64,000 nt of DNA from contig CAVYCN010000006.1 in assembly GCA_963767005.1 (NCBI GenBank), positions 64,001 to 128,000 on the forward strand, given 5' to 3'. Positions within the stretch are counted from its first letter, which is position 1; each line of letters begins with the position of its first letter. Source of the stretch: an uncultured Actinomycetes bacterium (lineage in GTDB: Bacteria; Actinomycetota; Thermoleophilia; UBA2241). The notes under the pieces are model-generated. The model was not told the origin of the DNA and ran no database searches. It was given only the letters and a program-made list of their open reading frames with translations. Below are positions 11,108 through 19,637 of the stretch, one piece after another. Both the position numbers and the translations under genes were made by a program.

Positions 11108-13131
11108 TGGGGCCCGGCGGCTTTGGGGCGCTGCGTTCGATGCGCCGCGGCGGCAAGGCGGACAAGGACGCCACCGTCCCGAAGGGCACGACGCGTCGCA
11201 TCCTGACCTTCGTAGCCCCGTACAAACGGCCCCTGGCGGTATTCCTCGTGCTTGTCGTGATCGACGCGATCGTGAGCGCGGCGAACCCGCTCATCTACCG
11301 CGAGATCATCAACCGCGGCATCCTGGGCCACGACGCCGGCCTGATCGTGGCGCTGGCCCTGCTGGTCGCCGGCATCTCGATCGCCGACGCCGGCCTGTCG
11401 CTCGTCGAGCGCTTCATCAGCGCCCGGGTCGGCGAGGGGCTCATCTACGACATGCGCACACGTGTGTTCGACCACGTGCAACGCATGCCGCTCGCCTTCT
11501 TCACGCGCACCCAGACCGGCGCCCTGGTGAGCCGCCTGAACAACGACGTGACCGGCGCCCAGGAGGCCTTCACCGACGTCCTGTCGAGCGTCATCGGCAA
11601 CCTCATCAGCGTGGGCATCGTGCTCGTCATCATGTTCGTGCTGTCGTGGGAGCTCACGCTCGTCGCGCTGGCGCTGCTGCCGGTGTTCATGCTGCCGGCC
11701 CGCTGGCTCGGCCGCCGGCTGCAAGCGATCACCCGCGAACGCTACGAGCTCACGGCAGAGATGAACAACGGCATGGTCGAGCGCTTCAACGTGGCCGGTG
11801 CGCTGCTCGTCAAGCTCTTCGGCCACCCCGAGGCCGAGAGCGCGGCCTTCAGCGACAAGGCCGCCCGCGTGCGCGACATCGACGTGGTGCAGGCGATCTA
11901 CGGGCGCTTCTTCTTCGTCGCCCTGCTGCTCACGGCGGCGCTTGCCACCGCGCTGGTCTACGGCTGGGGCGGCGTGCTCGCCGTGCACGGCGCGCTCGAC
12001 GTCGGTACGGTCGTCGCCCTCGTCGCCTACCTCAACCGGCTGTACGGGCCGCTCACGGCGCTCTCCAACATCAACGTCGACCTCATGACCGCGCTCGTGT
12101 CGTTCGACCGGGTCTTCGAGGTGCTCGACCTGCCGCCGATGATCGCCGAGCGACCCGATGCCGCGACGCTGCCGCGCGGACCGGCCCGCGTCGAGTTCGA
12201 TCACGTCGGCTTCGCCTACCCCACGAGCAGCGACGTCTCACTGGCCTCGCTCGAGTCGGTCGCCGTGCTGAACGACACGCCCGGCCAACAGGTGCTGCAC
12301 GGCGTGAGCTTCACGGCCGAGCCGGGTCAGCTCGTCGCCCTCGTCGGACCGTCGGGCGCCGGCAAGACGACGATCAGCCAGCTCGTGCCTCGCCTCTACG
12401 ACGTCGACGAGGGTGCGGTGCGCATCCACGACGTCGACGTGCGCGACGCGAGCTTCGCGTCGCTGCGCGGGGCGATCGGCATGGTCACCCAGGACGTCCA
12501 CCTGTTCCACGACACGATCCGCGCCAACCTGCTCTACGCCAAGCCCGACGCGACCGACGCCGAGCTCGCCGAGGTGCTGGGCGCCGCCCAGATCATGCCG
12601 CTGATCGAGTCGCTGCCCGACGGCCTCGCCACCGTGGTCGGCGACCGCGGCTACCGTCTGTCGGGCGGCGAGAAGCAACGCATCGCGATCGCCCGCCTGC
12701 TGCTCAGGGCGCCCGACGTGGTCGTGCTCGACGAAGCCACGGCTCACCTCGACTCCGAGTCCGAGCTCGCTGTGCAGGGCGCCCTCAAGGTCGCGCTCGC
12801 CGGCCGCACCTCGCTCGTGATCGCCCACCGCCTCTCGACGGTGCGCGACGCCGACCAGATCCTCGTGCTCGACGACGGCCGCGTCGTCGAGCGGGGACGT
12901 CACGAGGAGCTGCTGGCCGGCGGCGGCCTGTACGCCGAGCTCTACCGCACTCAGTTCCTCGGTCGCAACGGGGACGGCGACGGCCGGGTCGCGCAGGGCG
13001 ACGGCGACGAGGCGGGCGCTGAGCCCGATGGGGCGGGCGCTGAGCCCGGCGAGTACGGCGCGGCGCGCGACGAAGGGAACGTGGACCGCGACGCCGACGG
13101 CCGCCGCGCCGCGGAACTCGGCCTCGGCTAG
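11104..13131 (+). CDS. ABC exporter, fused permease/ATPase (MdlB-like)
   Basis: N-terminal multi-TM domain, GPSGAGKT, LSGGEKQR, LDEATAHLD. ATGA overlap with marR. Confidence 0.93.
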   Translation: MMGPGGFGALRSMRRGGKADKDATVPKGTTRRILTFVAPYKRPLAVFLVLVVIDAIVSAANPLIYREIINRGILGHDAGLIVALALLVAGISIADAGLSLVERFISARVGEGLIYDMRTRVFDHVQRMPLAFFTRTQTGALVSRLNNDVTGAQEAFTDVLSSVIGNLISVGIVLVIMFVLSWELTLVALALLPVFMLPARWLGRRLQAITRERYELTAEMNNGMVERFNVAGALLVKLFGHPEAESAAFSDKAARVRDIDVVQAIYGRFFFVALLLTAALATALVYGWGGVLAVHGALDVGTVVALVAYLNRLYGPLTALSNINVDLMTALVSFDRVFEVLDLPPMIAERPDAATLPRGPARVEFDHVGFAYPTSSDVSLASLESVAVLNDTPGQQVLHGVSFTAEPGQLVALVGPSGAGKTTISQLVPRLYDVDEGAVRIHDVDVRDASFASLRGAIGMVTQDVHLFHDTIRANLLYAKPDATDAELAEVLGAAQIMPLIESLPDGLATVVGDRGYRLSGGEKQRIAIARLLLRAPDVVVLDEATAHLDSESELAVQGALKVALAGRTSLVIAHRLSTVRDADQILVLDDGRVVERGRHEELLAGGGLYAELYRTQFLGRNGDGDGRVAQGDGDEAGAEPDGAGAEPGEYGAARDEGNVDRDADGRRAAELGLG

Positions 13132-14372
13132 ATCGCCCAGCGCTCCCGTACGAGCACAGGCAGCTCGCCGGCGGCGGCGGTCACGCCGCTCACGGTCACG
13201 TCGGGAGCGCCGATCATGACGTCCTGGTGCACGTCCGATTCGTTCACGCCGCGCGCCTCGAGGGCGGCCGGGTCCTCAGGCAGACCGTCAGGGAACGAGT
13301 CGTGGATGGCGGCGCCCCAGGCGATGTGGCAGGCCGCGTTCTCGTCGAGCAGCGTCTCCTTGAACACGACGCCCAGGCGTCCGACCCGTGACGACGAGTC
13401 GACGAGCGCCACCTCGCCCAGCCGGCAGGCGCCCTGATCCTGGCTGATGCTGGCCTTCACGGCGTCGGCGTTGGTCCGCGCCTGCACATCGACGATGCGG
13501 CCGTCCTCGAAGCGCAGGACGAGCCCGGTGACGAGCTGGCCGTTCACTGTGACCGGCTTGGTCACGACCGCCGTGCCGCTCACCCCGCGAAAGTCGGGGG
13601 CGACGTAGATCTCCTCGCTCGGCAGATTGCAGAGGAACGTACGACCCCAGCTCGTCGTGAGCCAGGCGGGCTGCCAGTGGGCGTCGGCGTGCAGCGGGAT
13701 GTGCAGGTCGGTGCCGCCGCCGCGGAAGCGCACGGCGACGAAGCCCGCCTCGTCGAGGCGGCGCGCCTGAGCCTGGAGCTCGTCGCGGCGCGCGCTCCAG
13801 GCGGCCACCGGGTCGGGCTCGTCGAGGCGGACCGCGGAGAGCAGGTCGCGCCAGAGGCGGGCGACGTCGGGCTCGCCGTAGATGCGCCGCGCCCAGGCGG
13901 GCGTCGGGCAGGCACAGAGGCTCCAGTTCACGCGCGCCTGGATGGTGCGGTAGGCGGGCAGCGCGACCGCCGTCTGAAGCGCGCTGGCGCGTCCGGCCGG
14001 GACGCCGGCGTAGGGGTCGTCGAAGGGGTCGCCGAGGGTGCGGATGCGCGCCCAGCGCTCGTCGACGACGTTCTGGTAGGCGGCTTCGAACCAGGCCGGC
14101 ACACTCGTGGCGAGGGCATCGGTCGGCGCGCCGCCGGCCTTGGCGGCCAGCACCCGGTCGTCGAAGTAGATCGTCTCGGCGACGCTCGCGCCGCAGGCGT
14201 AGGCGCGCTCGGCGAGGGCGGCGATCAGGTAGCTGTGCGCCACGTCGCCGGTGATCAGGATCTTCTGGCCCTCTTCGAGGTTGACCGCGGCGCGTAGCAT
14301 GAGGTCGGCGTACCGCCGCAGGTCGGCGGCGCTGATGCCGTACGCGCCAGAAGGGTCGATGCTGTCGCTCAT
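13128..14372 (-). CDS. Aminopeptidase, M29 (AmpT/PepS) family
   Basis: NLPSEEIY, LGEVALV, LLDENAACHIAWG and NESDVHQD motifs. Confidence 0.92.
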   Translation of the reverse strand: MSDSIDPSGAYGISAADLRRYADLMLRAAVNLEEGQKILITGDVAHSYLIAALAERAYACGASVAETIYFDDRVLAAKAGGAPTDALATSVPAWFEAAYQNVVDERWARIRTLGDPFDDPYAGVPAGRASALQTAVALPAYRTIQARVNWSLCACPTPAWARRIYGEPDVARLWRDLLSAVRLDEPDPVAAWSARRDELQAQARRLDEAGFVAVRFRGGGTDLHIPLHADAHWQPAWLTTSWGRTFLCNLPSEEIYVAPDFRGVSGTAVVTKPVTVNGQLVTGLVLRFEDGRIVDVQARTNADAVKASISQDQGACRLGEVALVDSSSRVGRLGVVFKETLLDENAACHIAWGAAIHDSFPDGLPEDPAALEARGVNESDVHQDVMIGAPDVTVSGVTAAAGELPVLVRERWAI

Positions 14373-14596
14373 GGATGGCTCCCCACTTCGAGCCGGCCGT
14401 GCCGGCCGCGGACCGTCGTACAGCTACGTTCTCCTGGCCCGCTACGATACACCTCGTGGCCGCTGCCCGCTCACGGCCCGGGGTCCCGGCCCGGCGGCGG
14501 CACCGGGCTCGTTGCGACCCCGCGCGGGTACAGTGCAGTCGCGCCGCGGCCCCCGGCGACCGAGGCGGTCCCTGGCTCACCGTCACGGAGGGCGCC

Positions 14597-15292
14597 ATGA
14601 ACATCGGCATCATCGGCTCGGGCATCGTAGCCCAGACCCTGGGTGAGCGTCTGCTCACCGTCGGCCAGCAGGTCATGATCAGCGCGCGCGACCCCGACGC
14701 GCCCAAGGACCTCGGCGAGCGCGGCGTCCTGGCGGCGGCCGGCGTGTGGGCGACCGCCCAGTACGACCAGGGCCGGCCGGCGGCGGCGGGCACGTTCGCC
14801 GAAGCGGCGGCCTTCGGCGAGCTTCTGATCAACGCCACGTCCGGCACGGGTTCGCTCGCCGCCCTGGCGGCCGCAGAGCAGGCCGACATCGACGGCAAGA
14901 TCATCCTCGACCTGTCCAACCCGCTCGATTTCTCGCACGGCATGCCGCCGCGCCTGTCGATCTGCAACGACGACTCGCTGGCCGAGCAGATCCAGGCCGC
15001 CTATCCCGGAGCGCGCGTCGTCAAGGCCCTGAACACAGTGACCGTCGCCGTGATGGTCGATCCCGGACGGCTCGGCGAGGAGACCGACCTGTTCGTGGCC
15101 GGCAACGACCACGACGCCCGGACCTGGGTGGCCGACAACGTGCTCAGGGACTGGCTGGACTGGGCGCGCGTGGTCGACCTCGGCGACCTGACCGCGGCAC
15201 GCGGCCTCGAGATGTACCTGCCGCTCTGGCTGCGCCTCTGGGGCGCGACGGGCACACCGCTGCTGAACGTGCGACTCGTAGTCGCGAGCTAG
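14597..15292 (+). CDS. F420_oxidored family NADP oxidoreductase
   Basis: IGIIGSGIV, DLSNPLDFS, SLAEQIQ...VVKALNTV, DLGDLTAARGLE. GGAGG RBS. Confidence 0.88.
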   Translation: MNIGIIGSGIVAQTLGERLLTVGQQVMISARDPDAPKDLGERGVLAAAGVWATAQYDQGRPAAAGTFAEAAAFGELLINATSGTGSLAALAAAEQADIDGKIILDLSNPLDFSHGMPPRLSICNDDSLAEQIQAAYPGARVVKALNTVTVAVMVDPGRLGEETDLFVAGNDHDARTWVADNVLRDWLDWARVVDLGDLTAARGLEMYLPLWLRLWGATGTPLLNVRLVVAS

Positions 15293-17718
15293 GCCCCGCC
15301 GTCCTGCGTCGGCTCCGCCGCGCTGCTCTGGCCGCGCAGGTAGGCGTCGATCGAGCGGGCCGCGGCCTTGCCGTCGCCCATCGCCAGGATCACGGTGGCG
15401 CCGCCGCGCACGATGTCGCCGCCGGCCCAGACGCCGGGCAGGCTGGTGGCGTGGTGCTCGTCGGTTGTGATGTTGCCCCAGCGGTTGGTGGCGATCTGCG
15501 GGGTGGCCTCGGTGAGCAGCGGGTTGGCCACCGTGCCCAGGGCCACGACCACGGCGTCGCAGGCCAGCTCGAACTCGGATCCGGGCAGCGGCACCGGCCG
15601 CCGCCGACCGGAGTCGTCGGGCTCGCCGAGCGCCATGCGCTGCAGGCGCACGGCGCGCACCCAGCCGCTCTGGTCGCCTTCGATGCCAAGCGGCGCCACG
15701 AGGAAGTGGAAGTCGATGCCCTCCTCTTCGGCGTGAGCGATCTCCTCGATGCGGGCCGGCATCTCGGCGCGCGTGCGCCGGTAGGCGCAGATCGCCGCCG
15801 CGGCGCCCAGGCGCTTGGCGGTGCGCACCGAGTCCATCGCCACGTTGCCGCCGCCGAAGACCACGACGCGGGCGGCGCGCATGATCGGCGTGCCGCCCTC
15901 GCGCTCCTGCCAGGCGCCCATGAGGTTGACCCGGGTCAGGTACTCGTTGGCCGAGTAGACGCCCTTCAGGTTCTCGCCGGGCACGTTTAAGAACATCGGC
16001 AGGCCGGCGCCGTTGGCCACAAAGACGGCGTCGAACTGGGCGGCGAGCTGGTCGACGGTGAGGGTGCGCCCGACGATCACGTCGCACTCGATCTCGACCC
16101 CCAGGCGGCGCAGGTTGGCGACCTCGGCATCGACGATCTTCTTGGGCAGGCGGAACTCGGGGATGCCGTAGCGCAGCACGCCGCCGGTGTCGTGCAAGGC
16201 CTCGAAGACGTGGACCTTGTGTCCGGCGCGGGCGAGCTCGCCGGCCACGGTCAGCCCACCGGGGCCGGCGCCCACCACGGCGACGTTCTTGCCGGAGGGC
16301 GTGACCTCGGGGACCTCGAAGGGCAGGTGCTCGGCGGCCCAGTCGGCCACGAAGCGCTCGAGCCAGCCGATCGCCACGGGCTCGCCCTTCTTGCCGCGCA
16401 GGCAGACGCCCTCGCACTGGGTCTCCTGGGGGCAGACCCGGCCGGTGGTGGCCGGCAGGGCGTTGTCGGTGAGCAGCAGCTGGGCGGCGGCGGCGAAGTC
16501 GGCGGCCGCCAGGGCGGTCAGGAAGGCGGGGATGCGCACCTCGACCGGGCAGCCGGCCACGCAGGGTGAGTTCTTGCAGGCCAGGCAGCGGTTGGCCTCG
16601 CGGATCGCGTCGGCGGCCGTCAGGCCGAGGTTGACCTCGCTGAAGTTGTGGGCGCGCCGGGCGGCGTCCTGGGCCGGCATGGCGACGCGGCCGATCGCCA
16701 TGCGCTGCTTGGCCGTCAGGGGGGCGCCGGGGACCAGTTCGACCTCGGGGGTCGCGGGGGCGGGCTCGGGCGCGGCGGCGGGGGTCGCGGCTGCGGCTCT
16801 GGGAGTCGCGCCAGGGGCAGGCTCGGCGACCGCGGCGGACGGGGCCGGGGCGGTGGAAACAGGAGCGGCGTCGGCCTCGACCAGGGCGTCGGCGGCGGCC
16901 ACCAGGCGGCAGCCGTGGCTGTCGAGCTCGTGGTAGGTGGCCTGGCGGCCGGCGAGCTCGTCGAAGTCGACGAGCAGGCCGTCGAACTCGGGGCCGTCGA
17001 CGCAGGCGAAGCGGGTCTGGCCGCCGACCGTGACGCGACAGCCGCCGCACATGCCGGTGCCGTCGACCATGAGCGGGTTGAGGCTGACCACGGTCGCGGT
17101 CGCGGTCTTGGCGGTGAGGGCACAGACGGCCTTCATCATGGGCACCGGACCGACGGCATAGACGGCCGCCGGATGGCGCTCGCCGGTCTCGGCCAGCAGC
17201 CGCGCCAGCGGCGCCGTGACAAAGCCGGTCTCGCCCAGGGAGCCGTCTTCGGTCGTCAGATAGAGCTCTGATGAGAAGGCGCCGAGCTCGTCGGCCAGCA
17301 CCACGTAGGGGGCGCTGCGCCCGCCGATGATCGTGATGAGCTCGTTGCCGGCGGCGGCCAGGGCCTTGGCCAGCGGGTAGAGCACGGCGGTGCCGGCCCC
17401 GCCGCCCACGCAGACCACCCGGCCGAGGCGGGCGATGTGGGTGGGCTGACCCAAAGGTCCGGCCACGTCGGCCAGCTCGCCGCCGGCGGCCACGGCGCAG
17501 ATGCGCTCGGTGCTGATGCCGACGGCCTGGATGATGAGCGTGATGGTGCCCTCTTCGGGGTCGTCGTCGGCGATCGTCAGGGGGATGCGCTCGTCGCCCG
17601 GGGCGGCGCGCACGATGACGAACTGGCCGGGCTTGCGCGAGCGGGCCACGCGCGGCGCCGAGACGATCAGGCGGTGCAGGCGAGGAGCGATCTCCTCGTT
17701 GGAGAGGACTTCGAACAT
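15289..17718 (-). CDS. nfnAB: Fused NfnA-NfnB (SudB-SudA) electron-bifurcating transhydrogenase
   Basis: NfnA: PGQFVIVR, ERIPLTI, DGTGMCGGCRV...CVDGPEFD. NfnB: RCLACKNSPCVAGCP, GRVCPQETQCE, YGIPEFRLPK, GGGNVAMD, AGGDIVRG. The halves are joined by a Pro/Ala linker. Confidence 0.9.
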   Translation of the reverse strand: MFEVLSNEEIAPRLHRLIVSAPRVARSRKPGQFVIVRAAPGDERIPLTIADDDPEEGTITLIIQAVGISTERICAVAAGGELADVAGPLGQPTHIARLGRVVCVGGGAGTAVLYPLAKALAAAGNELITIIGGRSAPYVVLADELGAFSSELYLTTEDGSLGETGFVTAPLARLLAETGERHPAAVYAVGPVPMMKAVCALTAKTATATVVSLNPLMVDGTGMCGGCRVTVGGQTRFACVDGPEFDGLLVDFDELAGRQATYHELDSHGCRLVAAADALVEADAAPVSTAPAPSAAVAEPAPGATPRAAAATPAAAPEPAPATPEVELVPGAPLTAKQRMAIGRVAMPAQDAARRAHNFSEVNLGLTAADAIREANRCLACKNSPCVAGCPVEVRIPAFLTALAAADFAAAAQLLLTDNALPATTGRVCPQETQCEGVCLRGKKGEPVAIGWLERFVADWAAEHLPFEVPEVTPSGKNVAVVGAGPGGLTVAGELARAGHKVHVFEALHDTGGVLRYGIPEFRLPKKIVDAEVANLRRLGVEIECDVIVGRTLTVDQLAAQFDAVFVANGAGLPMFLNVPGENLKGVYSANEYLTRVNLMGAWQEREGGTPIMRAARVVVFGGGNVAMDSVRTAKRLGAAAAICAYRRTRAEMPARIEEIAHAEEEGIDFHFLVAPLGIEGDQSGWVRAVRLQRMALGEPDDSGRRRPVPLPGSEFELACDAVVVALGTVANPLLTEATPQIATNRWGNITTDEHHATSLPGVWAGGDIVRGGATVILAMGDGKAAARSIDAYLRGQSSAAEPTQDGGA

Positions 17719-17997
17719 GCCGACCTCGCGTTCGCTGACCGGGCAGATGGCGGACGGCTGCCGCCGCGGCGACGAGCGCCGTGCGAACCTCGCGAGGGTG
17801 GACGAACCACCCCGGCCGCCCGGGTGCCAATGTTATCGTCGCGGCGCCGCCGGCGCGAGCGCGGCGTCCGCACCCGGACGGCTTCTCGCTGCAATCGACC
17901 GCGAACAGCGTCGGCTTCGAGCGCGCTCAACGGCTACCACAGGGCGAGCCGACGGAGTACCATCGAGGGGTGAACCGAGCCATGGAAGGGGGTCACT

Positions 17998-18201
17998 ATG
18001 CCCGTCTGTTGCCCCTACTGCGGGTGCACGCTCGACGCTCCACCCAAGGCGCCCGAGGAGTGTCCGACCTGCCACGGGACGATGCACTTCGAGTGGGTCG
18101 CCGGCACGAGCGAACGATGCCTCATGACCGACGAGCAGTGCAACGACAACGAGAGAGCCTGGCAGAAGTGTGACGTGAGGGCGACGCGGCGCCTCGGCTA
18201 G
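17998..18201 (+). CDS. Small Cys-rich (9 Cys) zinc-ribbon-like protein
   Basis: 67 aa with CCPYCGC...CPTCH; GAAGGGGG RBS; high-GC3 codons. Confidence 0.65.
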   Translation: MPVCCPYCGCTLDAPPKAPEECPTCHGTMHFEWVAGTSERCLMTDEQCNDNERAWQKCDVRATRRLG

Positions 18202-18309
18202 CCCGGCGCCTGCCCTCGACAGCCTCCTCTTCGCCCCTCGTCCCAGACCGCGGCGGCCACCGTCCGGCCGTCCGGTAAAGACCTTCGCGCGGCGACCGAT
18301 ACATCAGGC

Positions 18310-19371
18310 ATGGACCGGTCGAGGCGCAGGCGCACCCTCTCGACGGCGGCCGCCGTCGTGCTGGGCATCGCCGTGCTGTTCGGCACGGTCGCGATGTCGA
18401 GCGCGCGCGCCGACCAGGCGATCGTCGCCGTCCAGACGCCCAAGACCCTCGCCGGCCTCGAGACCGCGGCTCACGCCCAGCGCCTGCAGATGGCCCGGCT
18501 CGAGGCCCAGATGCAGGTCATCCACCGCGCGTACGAGGCGGCCGAGGCGCACCTGACCGCCATCGACGCCAGCCTGTCCCAGACGCGCCTCGAGTACTCC
18601 CAGACGCAGACCGACCTGCAGCAGGAGAGCGCCCTGCTCGGCGCCCGCCTGGCGGCCATGTACAAGATGGGGTCGTTCTCGTTCCTCGACGTGCTCGCCG
18701 GCTCGGCCAGCCTCGACCAGGTGCAGACCCAGATCACCTTCTACCGCAAGCTCACCGAGCAGGACGGCCGCACCGAGGCGACCGTGGCCGCCCTGAACGA
18801 CCAGGTCGGCCACCTCGCCGCCGCGCTCACCACGAAGCGCGCGGGCGCCGAGGCCGCCCAGCAGGCGGTCGACGCCCAGCGCCTCGCCATGTCCGACAAG
18901 ATCGCGCAGCGGCGCGCCATCCTCGAGAACCTCGTCGGTCAGATCGAGAAGATCATCGACCGCGGCCGGCCCAGCGGCGGCACCCTCTCCCCCGTGCCCC
19001 TGTCGAACAGCTACACGCCCATCACCTGGGCCAAGGCGCTGCTCGAGCAGCTCGGTATGCCGCTCACGAGCCAGAACGTGGCCGCGGTCACCGCCTGGGA
19101 GCTCGCCGAGGGCGGCCACTGGCACAACACCGCCCACTACAACCCGCTCGATACCACCATGCCCGAGCCTGGCGCCACCTCGATGAACTCAGTCGGGGTG
19201 AAGGCCTACGTGAGCTGGGCGCAGGGATTCGTGGCGACGATCGCCACTCTGCGCAACGGCTACTACGGGCAGATCCTCGCGGCGCTGCGGGCCGGCGACA
19301 ACGCCTACGCGGTGGCCGACGCGGTGGCCGCCTCGCCCTGGGGCACAGGCAACTTCAGCGGCCTGCTCTAG
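18310..19371 (+). CDS. Secreted coiled-coil (CwlO/PcsB-like) protein with putative lysozyme-like C-terminal domain
   Basis: Signal peptide, long coiled coil with LAAMYKMG..SFLDVL, C-terminal WELAEGG..HN..YNPLDTT...YVSWAQG domain. Confidence 0.75.
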   Translation: MDRSRRRRTLSTAAAVVLGIAVLFGTVAMSSARADQAIVAVQTPKTLAGLETAAHAQRLQMARLEAQMQVIHRAYEAAEAHLTAIDASLSQTRLEYSQTQTDLQQESALLGARLAAMYKMGSFSFLDVLAGSASLDQVQTQITFYRKLTEQDGRTEATVAALNDQVGHLAAALTTKRAGAEAAQQAVDAQRLAMSDKIAQRRAILENLVGQIEKIIDRGRPSGGTLSPVPLSNSYTPITWAKALLEQLGMPLTSQNVAAVTAWELAEGGHWHNTAHYNPLDTTMPEPGATSMNSVGVKAYVSWAQGFVATIATLRNGYYGQILAALRAGDNAYAVADAVAASPWGTGNFSGLL

Positions 19372-19463
19372 GGAACGGGCAAACGCGCAGGCGGGAGCTC
19401 GAAGGAACGAGCGAACGTCGGAGCGGGACTGCGGGGAACGAGCGAACGCCGGGGCGGGAGCTC
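19372..19463. repeat. Three imperfect ~29-bp direct repeats, 31-32 bp period
   Basis: GGAACGRGCRAACG-N5/6-GCGGGA(G)CT at 19372, 19404 and 19435. Confidence 0.85.
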
Positions 19464-19477
19464 CCCCGCGCGCGAGG

Positions 19478-19575
19478 CGCGAGTGTGGAGCTTTCTCTGG
19501 AGGACGACCTCCCCACAGCGGTTTACGACCCGAAGGCCTTCGTCCCGCACACGCCCGGCGTCCACTCGTCCGCTT
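19478..19575 (-). ncRNA. Candidate structured RNA mimicking 16S rRNA h16/h17/h18 junction (uS4 site)
   Basis: Minus strand 19550-19517 reads GTGCGGGACGAAGGCCTTCGGGTCGTAAACCGCT (16S h16). A GGAGG-TCGT-CCTCC mini-helix and AGAGAAAGC follow, and the ends can pair (CGAGTGGA with TCCACACTCG). Confidence 0.65.
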
Positions 19576-19581
19576 GATACC

Positions 19582-19613
19582 CGGCGCCCGGCGCTTTGCA
19601 GCGCCGGGCGCCG
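19582..19613. terminator. Perfect 14-bp GC hairpin downstream of the drr operon
   Basis: CGGCGCCCGGCGCT-TTGC-AGCGCCGGGCGCCG, with no clear U-tract. Confidence 0.65.
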
Positions 19614-19637
19614 TTCGCCGCGGAGATGCCCGCCCGC

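Noticed and set aside
15289-16720. Glutamate synthase small subunit gltD
   Set aside because: It is fused to an NfnA domain and no gltB is adjacent.
14471-17830. 1119-aa Arg/Pro-rich ORF and similar long alternates (23216-25729, 10878-13022, 42889-45606)
   Set aside because: Off-frame or antisense shadows typical of high-GC DNA, with no recognisable domains.
18061-18075. CxxCH c-type heme motif in the small Cys-rich protein
   Set aside because: No signal peptide, and the motif pairs naturally with an upstream CxxC as a zinc ribbon.
19478-19575. 16S rRNA gene or rRNA operon
   Set aside because: Only about 35-70 nt resemble 16S; the flanks are protein genes and no other rRNA sequence is present.
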